59,936 nucleotides of DNA, filler included, from Stramenopiles sp. TOSAG23-3 (GCA_900128585.1; 9 parts of 9 records of this genome joined end to end with filler, not necessarily neighbours in it); one strand, 5' to 3'; shown: positions 31,808-42,244, counted from the whole stretch's first letter. Notes: generated by a model not told the origin, from the letters alone. Numbers and translations: made by a program.

Positions 31808-33199
31808 TTAATGCTTTGGAAGAGGAACATCGAACTCAACAAACGCGCTGTCGACTACACCAAAGGTGCTGTAAGTATATGACATGAGAGCAAGCAACTT
31901 TCCCTCTGGTGTCCATACCCAATGCATAGGCAAACCTTGTATCGGTTGAGTCTGGTTGTGTTCGTCTGCATAAAAGGCGCCCCACGACGAGATGTCGAAC
32001 AAGGTCTCGCCTTTACCCCCGTCAAATCCGTCAGGCTTTAAACCGTTGCCTTTTGCTGATCTAGTCGCAGCCCTCTTCCCAAAGAGATCAACGGTAATTA
32101 ACTCAGGTTTGCTTTGGGACTTTCTACGATCCCAAAGCGGGACGCCGTAGAGGCTCGATGAAAAGGACTGAATAGGCACCATGGGAAAGTTATGGCTGGC
32201 TTCGGGACTACCGCCCATATCAATGGTTCCATGGTTCATATCGTGCAGCGAAACGGTCGTTGGCAAATCCCCTGCTTTTCTCGCTCCGTCTGATGCAGAA
32301 GGAAACATGCCATAAACTAGGCCGTACGGGGATTGCGAGAGTACCTTGCCCGCTTTCCCGTCGGTGTCGACAGGGACTCCAACATCGGAGCCTTTGCCGC
32401 AAGTTCCAGCGACTGGAATTCCATGCACGTTCGAACCAAAGCTTCCGTTCAGCGGGTAAGCAAGTACGCAGTTCTGCTCCTGATCACCCACCAAAACGGA
32501 GTTTCTGACAGTCTCGGAATTTCCCAAAAGAAACATAGTGCGGGCAGGATGCAAAGTTTTCATAAGCCCTTTTCTTCCAATGACTCTGTTTTTCAATGTT
32601 GGGTTGGTATCAAATTTTGCGTGGCACACGGTCCCGGCAGGCTCCTCTTCCATTGGGTCAAAACGCAAGATCTCCGTTCCACCAGTCGTTCTACCACCGC
32701 CTTGCACCGGCCACTGAGTGATTCGTAATGCAAGCAACTGGTTCCTTGAGGCGTCGTACTTCACTCGCACGAACTGACCGCAGTGAGATATCACTACCGG
32801 TTTCTGGTTTGGGTCTTTCAAATTATACCGCATAATCCTGGAAGAATTGCTTCGTCCAAGGGGTGCCGATACGTCGTACCCTTGGTCTGCCACGTAAAGG
32901 TACGTGAACGAGGGGTCCACGTCGAAGTCGATTGGGTTGGTAAGCTGTTCAGGAAGGGAGTTACACTCTTTTCCACTCTTCCAGGGTTGGCAATGGCCGC
33001 CACCTCCCCGCCCGCCAATATTTGGAAGAAGGCGCCCAGTGCTAACATTCAGCAGCTTAGTCAAGCAGAAGTCTCCTTCCCGGACACAGCACCCAGCACA
33101 GAATGGTCCGCAGCACTGCTTCTCCCCGGTGGGTTCGGCGGCTACAAGCGCTACTGCTGCAAGGGAAAGGACTGTTAGCTTAAAGGCTGAAAAAGGCAT
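31808..33199 (-). CDS. Secreted protein, probable NHL/SMP-30-like beta-propeller
   Basis: ATG at 33199 starts a signal peptide (MPFSAFKLTVLSLAAVALVAA). NHL-like blades LTNPIDFDVDPSFTYLYVADQG and VLVGDQEQNCVLAY..VAGTCG. Confidence 0.7.
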   Translation of the reverse strand: MPFSAFKLTVLSLAAVALVAAEPTGEKQCCGPFCAGCCVREGDFCLTKLLNVSTGRLLPNIGGRGGGGHCQPWKSGKECNSLPEQLTNPIDFDVDPSFTYLYVADQGYDVSAPLGRSNSSRIMRYNLKDPNQKPVVISHCGQFVRVKYDASRNQLLALRITQWPVQGGGRTTGGTEILRFDPMEEEPAGTVCHAKFDTNPTLKNRVIGRKGLMKTLHPARTMFLLGNSETVRNSVLVGDQEQNCVLAYPLNGSFGSNVHGIPVAGTCGKGSDVGVPVDTDGKAGKVLSQSPYGLVYGMFPSASDGARKAGDLPTTVSLHDMNHGTIDMGGSPEASHNFPMVPIQSFSSSLYGVPLWDRRKSQSKPELITVDLFGKRAATRSAKGNGLKPDGFDGGKGETLFDISSWGAFYADEHNQTQPIQGLPMHWVWTPEGKLLALMSYTYSTFGVVDSAFVEFDVPLPKH

Positions 33200-33343
33200 T
33201 TTAGAATGAAAGGTGGTAGAGTAATCTTTCGGTTTCGCTTTTGTTTGAAGTGTCTGATTGAACAATTATGTGAGCAAACAAAACGGTTTAATATTGTAGT
33301 TGTATCATATACACGTGTGTTAATCACATCTACTTATCACTCA

Positions 33344-33344
<1 letters not shown>

Positions 33345-33378
<34 letters not shown>
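33345..33378. repeat. (CA)17 microsatellite
   Basis: Direct reading. Confidence 0.9.
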
Positions 33379-33379
<1 letters not shown>

Positions 33380-33805
33380 CCTCTCCAGTTCCGGTACATA
33401 CGGTGCCTGCCTTGGGGAACAAGGAACAGGTTCATCTGTTAGTTCTTCTTCCGTTTATTTTTTTTTATTGTTTGTTGTTGTGTATAAAATTTAAGCTGAA
33501 ATACAGTCGTCTGTTACATATACACAGCATGGTATCTCGTTGGGGTAGATTGAGAATCTTTAATTCGCGCTGAAACTTTTTTTTTAATTTGTGGATAAAT
33601 AATATTATTAGTCGTCTACGACATAATAATAATAATCAATTCTCGGAGGAGGAGAATTTTACTTCCCTCGGATTATTTGCCTTGAAGCGCTTGTGTACCG
33701 TTCCGTTCCTGTATGAATACCTTCGATACTAGTACCTGTATACGTTTTCAACAACAAAAAAACTATAATACAAACAGAGCTCTCTACTCTAGTGCCTATT
33801 TTTTA

Positions 33806-36322
33806 CTACTTCAATACGTAAAACGCCATGTAGGCGTTTCTTCTGTCACTCTGCTTGAGTGTGGCAGTACTTTTCTCCGACACGTGCAGGTCGTCGCAGT
33901 GGAGCCAGGTCTTTTCGTCGCGGAGCACGTCTGCGACGTAGTGCCCGGCAAACGCGAACTTTCCAATGTGGTGCACGATGCCGCGCAAGGAGTACTTTGT
34001 CTTGATCTCAGCTTTGCTTTTGCAAGGGGTCAAAAAATCGACCCTACCCATTTCTACCATGGTGGACGTGTCGGCCGGGATGGTCGGGGGCGCCCTGGAC
34101 TCCAAATACCCCGGCGCCAGCGACATTGGCGTCTTTGCCTCCGCGGGGTTGAGCAACGACGCCTGAGACGGGGTCCTTGCTTGGCTCTGTCCCCGTGCAG
34201 AGGGGCCGGGGGTGTTGTAGCCCCGGGCCGTGTGATCGGCCTGGTGCTGTGTCAAACGCTTGCGCTCGTCAGCCTGCGCCTGCTCTACAAGCGCCCGGGC
34301 CGCCCTGCTCAGCCCCTTCTTTCCCAAGCAGTCGGTGGTCCGTGCCTCCGGGGTGCGCCTTTCCGCCGGTGAGTGCCCCTGCTTTATCGCGCTCGTTGGG
34401 CTTCGGGCCGCGCTAGGAGGTGGGCGCAGGCCTCCGAGGTCGTCCTTCGGACAGTTCCTAGCGTTTGGCTCGCAAAAATCTTTCAAGTCGAGGGTCTCGG
34501 TCACGTCGATTGCGTCGTGCCTTTTGACGTACTTTCCCGTCTTCATGTTCGCTTCGAACCGCTTGAAGTGCAGGACCAGGACCCTTGGAAGGGCGTGGAT
34601 GCTCGAAGTCTTTGTCGCGAACGAATGGCCGCACTTCTCGCACTTGATCTCCACGCGCTCCTTGGAAAAGTACATGTTGAGAGCCTCGAGCACCGTAAGC
34701 GCCGGGATGGACTCGATGGACGGAAGACCGAGGGAAAAGTTTCGGAACAGCTCTAGCTTGTCGCGCCGGTGGGCGCACCCCGGGTTGTCGCAGGTCAGCG
34801 TGTTCAACAGCTCGATGTGAAAGTGTCGCGTGGTCGGCAAAAATTCGAAATTCCTTTTGCTGACCACGGCGTTGTCGTTTCTTCCAGAAATTTGAAGGTC
34901 CGTCAAGCCCCCAGACGGGGAAAAGGGGAGCACGGCAATCTTGCAAGTGAGGAGCTCCTCGTGCAGCCGGTTGATGACGTCGACGAAAAATTCGTGAGCG
35001 TCCTGCTGGAGCATGTTTGCAAAGTTCGGAAACAGCGCCCACACCGCGGGCCGCAAGCCGTTCTTCGGGTCCGCGTGCGTCTTCCGCTTCACCGCGCCGT
35101 CCAAATCGTCAAAAAACGACATGAGCCCGCCGTACAGGACTCGCCGGCTCTTCCCCCCCTCGGCTGCCTTCACCAAGCACGCGCGCCGGGAGTCCTCTAC
35201 AAAGCCTTTTATCCCGTAAATGGCCTGCATGACCGCGTTCATGTAGCACGTATTGCCGAGGTTCAAGATTCCGCCGCCGATGCTCGGGACGTGGGCCGAC
35301 GCGCTCGCGCCGCTGCCGTGCACGAGGGGTTGCGAATCGTCGAGGAGGGGCAGAGCGCCGGGGTGCTGAAGCCGCTGACGCTGCTGGAAGGGGCCCCCCC
35401 AGCTTCGCTTCAACGGGCCGCCGGAAAACACCCCTTTGGTCTTTCCTTGGGCAACCCTGCACGGTGCGCGGTTGCCCGTTGGCCGATGGAACGGTTGGGG
35501 ACGCTGCGGGGAACGGGTCGAGCGATTGTGCCGTTCTGGGGTCAGGCTTGTGCGCGGGATCCGCTCCTTCTTCGCGCTGCGCGGCTCTGGGGAAACGCTT
35601 TGGGGCAACGGTCGGGTTGGGCGCGCGGTTGACGCTGATCGCTTGAACCTGTCCTTGTTGATGCTGCAGCCGATCGCCGCGGGCTTCCGCCTGGTCGCCG
35701 ACGGTCCACCCACGGCCATGGAAGCCCGAAGGTGCCTGGCCCCGGGGCGATACATGTGCGCGGCGTGCTCGCCCCGCTCGGACGGGCGGCGGTACGGAGA
35801 CGACGGGGCGCCTTTTTCGCCGGAGGCCGGCGCTCCGACCGTCTTCCGTTTCTTTTTGGCATCCTCGTTTCTGAACGGGTCTAGCTCGACGTCGTTCCCG
35901 TCGTCCTGAAGCACGGAGCGATCGATCCTTCCGCGCTTTTTTCGCCGCATTGCCTTCCCCTGGCCCGCCGCGGGAAAGGGGCCTTCTCCGTTCTTCCATT
36001 TCGACAGCTGCTCGTTGACTTTCTCCAGCTCCTCTTCCTTCTTCGATTGCATTAGAACCTTGCAGTCCTTCGTTTCCCCCGGCTTCCTGTATTTAATTTC
36101 TAAAGAAAAGCTTCCCGGGGCAGTCCGCCACGGGCCCCGGCACGTGGCCTCCTTCAAGTATATTGGCGAGCCCTCCATCGCTTCCCCCTTGTTTTTTTGC
36201 AAAAACGCGATGGTTCTCTCCCCGCCGCTAGACGTACTCGGCTCGAAGACGTACTTTCCTGGCTTTCCCCTGACCTTCTTTTTGTGTACCCATACTTTGC
36301 ACGCGGTCAAGGTGAATTCCAT
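33806..36322 (-). CDS. Ubiquitin-specific protease (C19 family; USP37-like layout)
   Basis: First ATG at 36322. Cys box GILNLGNTCYMNAVMQ, QQDAHEF, LPRVLVLHFKRF, His box HHIG..AGHYVADV..WLHCDD. N-terminal PH-like region followed by a disordered linker. Confidence 0.92.
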   Translation of the reverse strand: MEFTLTACKVWVHKKKVRGKPGKYVFEPSTSSGGERTIAFLQKNKGEAMEGSPIYLKEATCRGPWRTAPGSFSLEIKYRKPGETKDCKVLMQSKKEEELEKVNEQLSKWKNGEGPFPAAGQGKAMRRKKRGRIDRSVLQDDGNDVELDPFRNEDAKKKRKTVGAPASGEKGAPSSPYRRPSERGEHAAHMYRPGARHLRASMAVGGPSATRRKPAAIGCSINKDRFKRSASTARPTRPLPQSVSPEPRSAKKERIPRTSLTPERHNRSTRSPQRPQPFHRPTGNRAPCRVAQGKTKGVFSGGPLKRSWGGPFQQRQRLQHPGALPLLDDSQPLVHGSGASASAHVPSIGGGILNLGNTCYMNAVMQAIYGIKGFVEDSRRACLVKAAEGGKSRRVLYGGLMSFFDDLDGAVKRKTHADPKNGLRPAVWALFPNFANMLQQDAHEFFVDVINRLHEELLTCKIAVLPFSPSGGLTDLQISGRNDNAVVSKRNFEFLPTTRHFHIELLNTLTCDNPGCAHRRDKLELFRNFSLGLPSIESIPALTVLEALNMYFSKERVEIKCEKCGHSFATKTSSIHALPRVLVLHFKRFEANMKTGKYVKRHDAIDVTETLDLKDFCEPNARNCPKDDLGGLRPPPSAARSPTSAIKQGHSPAERRTPEARTTDCLGKKGLSRAARALVEQAQADERKRLTQHQADHTARGYNTPGPSARGQSQARTPSQASLLNPAEAKTPMSLAPGYLESRAPPTIPADTSTMVEMGRVDFLTPCKSKAEIKTKYSLRGIVHHIGKFAFAGHYVADVLRDEKTWLHCDDLHVSEKSTATLKQSDRRNAYMAFYVLK

Positions 36323-36722
36323 GGTAACACAATGGGTCGGCGGTCCGACAGTGCCCCGCAACGAAATTAGGTATAATAGGACTTTACAGATGGGCCAACA
36401 CCAACAAAAGGGGGAAAGGCTGAAAAATATACAACGGAGCAGCAATAACGAAATGAACGAAACCAATCAATCAATGAATCTAAATAAGTCTAGGTGCGTG
36501 CGTAAGTAGGTAGGTAGATAGATAAATAGATAGATAGATAGATATATCAAACTGTTCAATAAATCTAAATTGAATTGGGTTGAATAGAATTGAATTGGGT
36601 TGAATTGGATTGGATTGTTTTGTTTTGTTTTGTTTTGTTTTAGTTGTTTATCCTATAAATTCAATCTTTCAATTTCAATTTTTTCACACTGCTTCTTGCT
36701 TAATTATAATATATTCAATAGA

Positions 36723-36822
36723 NNNNNNNNNNNNNNNNNNNNNNNNNNNNNNNNNNNNNNNNNNNNTTAATTAATTAANNNNNNNNNNNNNNNNNNNNNN
36801 NNNNNNNNNNNNNNNNNNNNNN
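36723..36822. other. Artificial contig linker
   Basis: N44-TTAATTAATTAA-N44. Confidence 0.98.
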
Positions 36823-37050
36823 CTCTCATCATATTTTTCTTATTTTTTTATTATTATTATTATTTAATTTTATTTTTCACTTTTTCTTAATTTTTATGCT
36901 TGTCCCTTCCAAAACATCAATTTCGGTAGAGAAAACAGGCAAAACAATTTCGTTGAGGACTGATGTTCGCCTTGAAGGTTGAGAAGCAAAGCGCAACGTT
37001 AAATTCAAGTCCATTCTTCGAATCGATCTGCAAGTATCGTTGCAACCAAA

Positions 37051-40000
37051 ATGAAAGTGATAGTATTTTATATCTGGTGTGCTCTATGGGCCTCAAGTGT
37101 GTCGATCATAGCGTCCACGGTAGTGTACAGCGGAAGTAACTATGGGAATCAACCGTCTCATCAGGCCGCTAACGGTGGCGTAGCCGATGACTCCTTACTG
37201 GTACAGGCAAGAGTGAAAACTCCAAGCGCTTACGACACAAACCATAAAAAACATGTTCTCCTATACTACGGAGAGAATGGAGACTGTGACGGTATTCTTT
37301 TCTACTTGGATGACGGTCATCTGGCGATCGGAAAGCAGTGTTCATTGGGCTTCCCATTGACTGCAGATACGAACGCATTATTAAGCAGCATAACGACTAA
37401 TCCAACTTTTCCTATGTTCAAGTTACAAAGCGACGGCTATCCTTCTGCTATCCTGACCTCGGCAGAATGTGGCCAGTACGCAACACAAGAGGCGCTAAAC
37501 TATGACCCGAATTGGGGGATTTCTTCAGGCGAACCACCCGGTTGCGTGCTGAACACCACGGCCGCGGGCAACAGTGTCTACTTTAACTCTGCACCACTTG
37601 ACGGCATGAATAGCCATTGCCATACAGATAGTACGTGCGTTATAAAAAATGATCTTACGTTCACAGGGGTAAACACGACAAGCAGCGGCAGTGGTTCTGG
37701 GGCACACTTGACAATAGGAGTGACAGGTAACAGTATTTCTAGCGTAACGGTGACTATGGATATGCTTGGTTACAGCGGGTATTCTGCTGGGGATACAATA
37801 ACTGTGAGTCAGACGGAAATGTCTGGAGCAACCAGTGATTTGACTATGACGCTAGGGTGGCGTCATCTTCTCGATGGCTTCAATGTCGCCCCCGTTCCCC
37901 TGGAACTAGATACCTACTACACGCTGGAGTGGCATTACACGGCCCTGGGGCAGCCGGGGGGACCGAGGGCCCTCGGCTGGGTAGATGGAAACCTTGTGTT
38001 GAATTCTTCCATTCCATTTTACCTTCCCTACTCGGGGGACGTTTCAGTCGGAGCTGGAACGCACAGCTCATCGGGGGCTAACTTGTTCCCATTCCTTGGG
38101 ACCATTGACGAGATTAATGTAGAAAACAGCGTTGAAAAATGGTGCCTTAATCAGGGCACGGCCAATGGCGTCCACAAAATATTTGCAAATTGCACAATTA
38201 AATGGGATGGCAGCTGCAGTGGTGCTCGCATTTGTATTGATAATACCCACCTGGAATTGGAGGGAACGCCCCATCAGGACGGAAGCCTTCCCTTTCTGAT
38301 TTTTGAAGAAGAATCAAACGGAATAATCTTTAAACTGATCGCGAATGGAAAATTGACTCTGAAATACTTGCACCTTACTTCCTCTGCTCCGTCTGACAAG
38401 CTGGTTCAGGCAATTTTGATTGACGGTGGGTCGTGTGAGCTCCATGCATTTGGGTGCATTTTCTCGTATTTCACTCACTTCATTGGAGCTGCTTTGGGGG
38501 TATCGGGTGGTGGACACGTTGTTTTAAACCAATCTGAGGTGTTTGGTTGTACCAATATAGCTCAAGGTCATGGTGGTGGAGGTGTTGCATGGCTGTACGG
38601 ACAGAATTCAACAATGATAGTTGACAATTCAATCCTGCGAGACAACGTCGCACGCAGTTATGGTGGCGTTTTCCGCGTTTCAAATTCCGCAGACTTGGAA
38701 GTTCGAAACACCCTGATCGAAAACAATCGATTGATCGCTTACTACAGCGAAGAAGTCGGAGAACCCGATTTAGTATCCAACCCAACTAGGCATGGGAGCG
38801 TAGCCTACTGTCTAACCTCAGCAACATGTAGTTTCACCAGCAACACTGTCCTGAAAAACAACAGGCCCGATTGGGGAAGTGCAAGCACGAGCGATCAGGC
38901 TGCCTACTGCGACGGCTGCACTTCGTTGTCTGCGGACAGCACCTGCCACCGCTTCGCTTGTTCTTTAGGATCATATGCGGGGAACCCATCAGCCTCCATG
39001 CTGTTCTCCAACTTTTCCCAACCGGTGGCTCTGACGCAGCTTCAATGCAGCCTGTGTTCTAAAGGAATGTACAAAAGGTCGGGGCAGCGGCTACCCGCAT
39101 TTGCGGAAGAGGACGCCTGCGAATCATGTCCGCAAGGGAAGTTTGGGGACACCATTGGGGCAACGGATGAATCGAGCTGTACAGCATGCTCGGCTGGAAA
39201 ATATGGGGACACCGTTGGTGCCGCAGATGAATGCAGCCATTCGTGCCCAACTGGAACTTTTGGCTCCAAGCAGGGGGCGGTAAGTGAAGCGGACGGTTGC
39301 TCCTCTTGTCTTGCCGGGCACTATTGCGACGGTTTGGCGGCCGTCCCGTGCCCCGTCGGGAAGTTTGGCGACCAAACTAGCATGGGCACTGAGGAAAGTG
39401 GCTGCAGCAGCTCGTGCGCACCTGGTTTCTACGGCCACGCCCAGGGGCAATCTTCCGCGGTAGCTGCGTGCACCGAGTGCGAAAAGGGCCATTACTGTAC
39501 TGGCGGCGCTGCAAAGGCGATGATGCAAACATATTGCCCCATTGGAAAGTATGGCACTGCGACAGGCCAAGCATCGGTCTCCTCGTGCATCGATTGCGGC
39601 AAAGGGTTCTATTGCATGGGACCCCAACGCACTGCGTGTCCTTCAGGAAGGTATGCTAATGTCTCGACGGCGATCAGTTCAGCCCCTTGCGAACTGTGCG
39701 ATGCGGGGTACATCTGTCCAAGTGGTGGAACGCCCTACGCATGTTCGGCGGGAAAGTATGGGGACTCAGCGGGGCAGGGCAACGAGAACGGGTGCAAGGA
39801 GTGTCCTCTTGGCTGGTACTGTCCTGGCGGAAAATCGAAAGTCCAATGTCCTTCTGGAAAGTACGGTGCTTACCCTGGCTTGCAATCGAAGAATGAATGC
39901 AACACCTGTGCGGAGGGCCACTACTGCCCGTCCCCTAACTGCGATTTATCCATGCAGGCGTGCCCTGCGGGGCGCTACTCGTTGCTCCCGGCAATGAGCA

Positions 40001-40926
40001 GCGTGGACAATTGCACATTTTGTGAAGCTGGGTATTATTGCAGTGGGGGCAGTGAGCGAAAGTCCTGCCCGTCAGGAAAGTATGGGAATGGACTGGGTGC
40101 TGCGGAGTGCAAAAGTTGTCCGACAGGTTACATTTGCCCGGGGGGTGCTACCCTCGAAACGTGCGGCTCGTCCAAGTACATGATTGTGAATCCTGAAGAT
40201 ACTGGCTTCTACGAGTGCGTGAACTATCGGCAGTGTTCGCCCGGGGCATACGTTTTCGTGCCTGGAAACTTGACCCACGACCGACACTGTGCAAGTTGCC
40301 CTAATGGAACATTTACCTCATCCCTCAACGCCCCCTCGTGCGAAGATTGGCAAACCTGTCCGCTCGGAACGAGAGTGATAGGGCTGCCGCGCAACTCTAC
40401 CAATCGCGAGTGCGAAGCCTGTGGTAAAGGATTTTGGACGTACAAAGTAAACCAAGGCATTTGTGAAAAAATCCCAGAGACGGACTGCAGGGTAGAGGGG
40501 AAGATCAAGTGCGACGACCGCGCTGCCGTGAATGCCGGTCAGTGCGTTTATTCGTGCGCAGTGTCTTGCCCAGGGTTCGAAGTTATTAGTGGCGACTATA
40601 CGAAGTGCGAGAATAAGAAAAGCCCGGCTCAGTGTTTGATTACGAAGAAGTATTTTTGTCCAGGTGATGCAGAAGCAAATGCGCACTCGTGCTTGGAAGA
40701 ATGCTCCACGTGCTTAGCGTACACTCAAAACCCATCCAATGTAACCGGAAATAACACTTGTGCGTCATCGGCAAACGACAAACTGATGAGTTGTTTGGAT
40801 ACTTCACAGGGTTCGAGCGATGATGAGGAGGAAAAAGCCGAGCCCTTGCCCGTGGTGATCGCAGAAGAAGACACCGTAGAAGAGATCGAAGCGCGCAATT
40901 TGGAGAGTGCTAGCGCTGAGCGCTGA
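37051..40926 (+). CDS. Large surface-protein ectodomain: signal peptide, LamG-like, beta-helix-like and many Cys-rich (ephrin-receptor-like/TNFR-like) repeats; probably the 5' part of one gene with 40907..42244
   Basis: 1291 aa with repeated CPxGKYG..C..C..GxYC motifs. No TM before the TGA, which falls in a 7-bp duplication. Confidence 0.8.
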   Translation: MKVIVFYIWCALWASSVSIIASTVVYSGSNYGNQPSHQAANGGVADDSLLVQARVKTPSAYDTNHKKHVLLYYGENGDCDGILFYLDDGHLAIGKQCSLGFPLTADTNALLSSITTNPTFPMFKLQSDGYPSAILTSAECGQYATQEALNYDPNWGISSGEPPGCVLNTTAAGNSVYFNSAPLDGMNSHCHTDSTCVIKNDLTFTGVNTTSSGSGSGAHLTIGVTGNSISSVTVTMDMLGYSGYSAGDTITVSQTEMSGATSDLTMTLGWRHLLDGFNVAPVPLELDTYYTLEWHYTALGQPGGPRALGWVDGNLVLNSSIPFYLPYSGDVSVGAGTHSSSGANLFPFLGTIDEINVENSVEKWCLNQGTANGVHKIFANCTIKWDGSCSGARICIDNTHLELEGTPHQDGSLPFLIFEEESNGIIFKLIANGKLTLKYLHLTSSAPSDKLVQAILIDGGSCELHAFGCIFSYFTHFIGAALGVSGGGHVVLNQSEVFGCTNIAQGHGGGGVAWLYGQNSTMIVDNSILRDNVARSYGGVFRVSNSADLEVRNTLIENNRLIAYYSEEVGEPDLVSNPTRHGSVAYCLTSATCSFTSNTVLKNNRPDWGSASTSDQAAYCDGCTSLSADSTCHRFACSLGSYAGNPSASMLFSNFSQPVALTQLQCSLCSKGMYKRSGQRLPAFAEEDACESCPQGKFGDTIGATDESSCTACSAGKYGDTVGAADECSHSCPTGTFGSKQGAVSEADGCSSCLAGHYCDGLAAVPCPVGKFGDQTSMGTEESGCSSSCAPGFYGHAQGQSSAVAACTECEKGHYCTGGAAKAMMQTYCPIGKYGTATGQASVSSCIDCGKGFYCMGPQRTACPSGRYANVSTAISSAPCELCDAGYICPSGGTPYACSAGKYGDSAGQGNENGCKECPLGWYCPGGKSKVQCPSGKYGAYPGLQSKNECNTCAEGHYCPSPNCDLSMQACPAGRYSLLPAMSSVDNCTFCEAGYYCSGGSERKSCPSGKYGNGLGAAECKSCPTGYICPGGATLETCGSSKYMIVNPEDTGFYECVNYRQCSPGAYVFVPGNLTHDRHCASCPNGTFTSSLNAPSCEDWQTCPLGTRVIGLPRNSTNRECEACGKGFWTYKVNQGICEKIPETDCRVEGKIKCDDRAAVNAGQCVYSCAVSCPGFEVISGDYTKCENKKSPAQCLITKKYFCPGDAEANAHSCLEECSTCLAYTQNPSNVTGNNTCASSANDKLMSCLDTSQGSSDDEEEKAEPLPVVIAEEDTVEEIEARNLESASAER

Positions 40927-42244
40927 CAACGACACAACAGCCGCCGAAGCAGCGTTTATAGACACTCTGCTCGTCGGTTCCAGTTTAATTGTTTTCTTTG
41001 TCTCCATGTACATGCTAATTGCGGGCATTCACGAAAAAGTACACGCCATGGAAAAGCACTTTGGTAAACGAACAAAGCGAATCTTGTATTTACTTACGTG
41101 CCAGTGTGTTGTCGTGTGCTGCTGCACACTTCTTGGGCGAAGGAAAAAGGACCAGACAAAGGTTACTCCCACCGGCGAGGAAGAGAGCAAAGTCGATGAC
41201 GAGCAGGCAAAGAAGTTGAGAGAGCTGCAACTTATAAGACAGACGTACGGTGCCGGTTCCCAGGAGTACATGTCCATGATGCAAGGCGTGACGTTAGAAG
41301 AATACAGAAGGCGGGAAACCGGGAAGAAACGACAGGAGGAGGCAGCAGAGAACGACCGGGCAAAGGAACGCGAAAGGGAGAAGAATTTGGAAAATGAAAG
41401 GAAAGCGACCATGGCGAAGAGAGAGGCCGAAGAAAGAGAGGGCAAATTGAAGAAAGCTGCAGAGGAGGAGCGAAGAATAGCGAACAGGGAAGCTCACGAA
41501 CGACAACGAAAAATTAAGACAGCGGAAGACGAGCAGAGAAGGCTGGCGGAGGCTGCAGAGAAGGACCGGATTGAAGCCATTGAAAAAAAGAGAAGAGAGC
41601 TAAAGAAGCAGATAGACCTCCTTGATGAATTGCACCACGTATGCTACAACATTGATGATCCCGACCAATACCTTCACGTCAAAGAAGCCGTGAAAAAAGT
41701 GGAAAAGGCCCAAAGCTCCGGTCTTCTGTTCCCTGGCGACTTACAGGAAAAGCTGGCATCGTTAAACCGAAGAGTAACGCGTTTAGAACGGGCCTACAAA
41801 TTGAGGCAGATGGTGCTCAATCTGAACTCAAAGACGCTTGCAGAGCTTAAGAGTTACAAGGACCCCGATCCAGCGATTGTACTGGCCCTCAAAGGTGCCA
41901 TGATTTTGCTTGGGAGCAATGTGGGTGACCTCACGTCTTGGTCAAAAATCAAAGTGCTCATGGGGAAAACTGGGAGAGAATCATTAAAGAGGAAAATCTC
42001 TACTTTCACTCCAAAGACTGTCTCGCCTGAGCTTTTGGCGCAAGCAAAGAAGTGCATTGGGCAGATTGATCATGAAACAATTCAACGTGCCTCACAAGGT
42101 GCCTATATAATATATGGCTGGAGCACGGGCATCATTATGCAAATTGATATGAACGCCGACGACGCGGATATGTGGAATAAGATAAAGTCGATTCTGAAGG
42201 TGAGTCGAGCGGCAAGTTTTAAACAAAAAAAAGATGAAAAATAG
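40907..42244 (+). CDS. TM helix, Cys cluster, charged coiled coil and dynein MTBD-like domain; probably the 3' part of the preceding gene
   Basis: No ATG before the TM and overlaps the upstream ORF in the +1 frame. MTBD-like region at 41801-42136. Confidence 0.75.
   Translation: MLALSADNDTTAAEAAFIDTLLVGSSLIVFFVSMYMLIAGIHEKVHAMEKHFGKRTKRILYLLTCQCVVVCCCTLLGRRKKDQTKVTPTGEEESKVDDEQAKKLRELQLIRQTYGAGSQEYMSMMQGVTLEEYRRRETGKKRQEEAAENDRAKEREREKNLENERKATMAKREAEEREGKLKKAAEEERRIANREAHERQRKIKTAEDEQRRLAEAAEKDRIEAIEKKRRELKKQIDLLDELHHVCYNIDDPDQYLHVKEAVKKVEKAQSSGLLFPGDLQEKLASLNRRVTRLERAYKLRQMVLNLNSKTLAELKSYKDPDPAIVLALKGAMILLGSNVGDLTSWSKIKVLMGKTGRESLKRKISTFTPKTVSPELLAQAKKCIGQIDHETIQRASQGAYIIYGWSTGIIMQIDMNADDADMWNKIKSILKVSRAASFKQKKDEK

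Noticed and set aside
36323-36466. N-terminal extensions from GTG/TTG starts in the ORF track (also at 5527, 16815, 20683, 29730, 33265 and 53042)
   Set aside because: These are eukaryotic genes, and the extensions run into AT-rich UTR-like sequence. The first ATG gives a sensible N-terminus.
40924-40926. TGA read-through, selenocysteine or an alternative genetic code
   Set aside because: The continuation is in a different frame. Conserved genes have no in-frame stops, and TAA, TAG and TGA all terminate genes.
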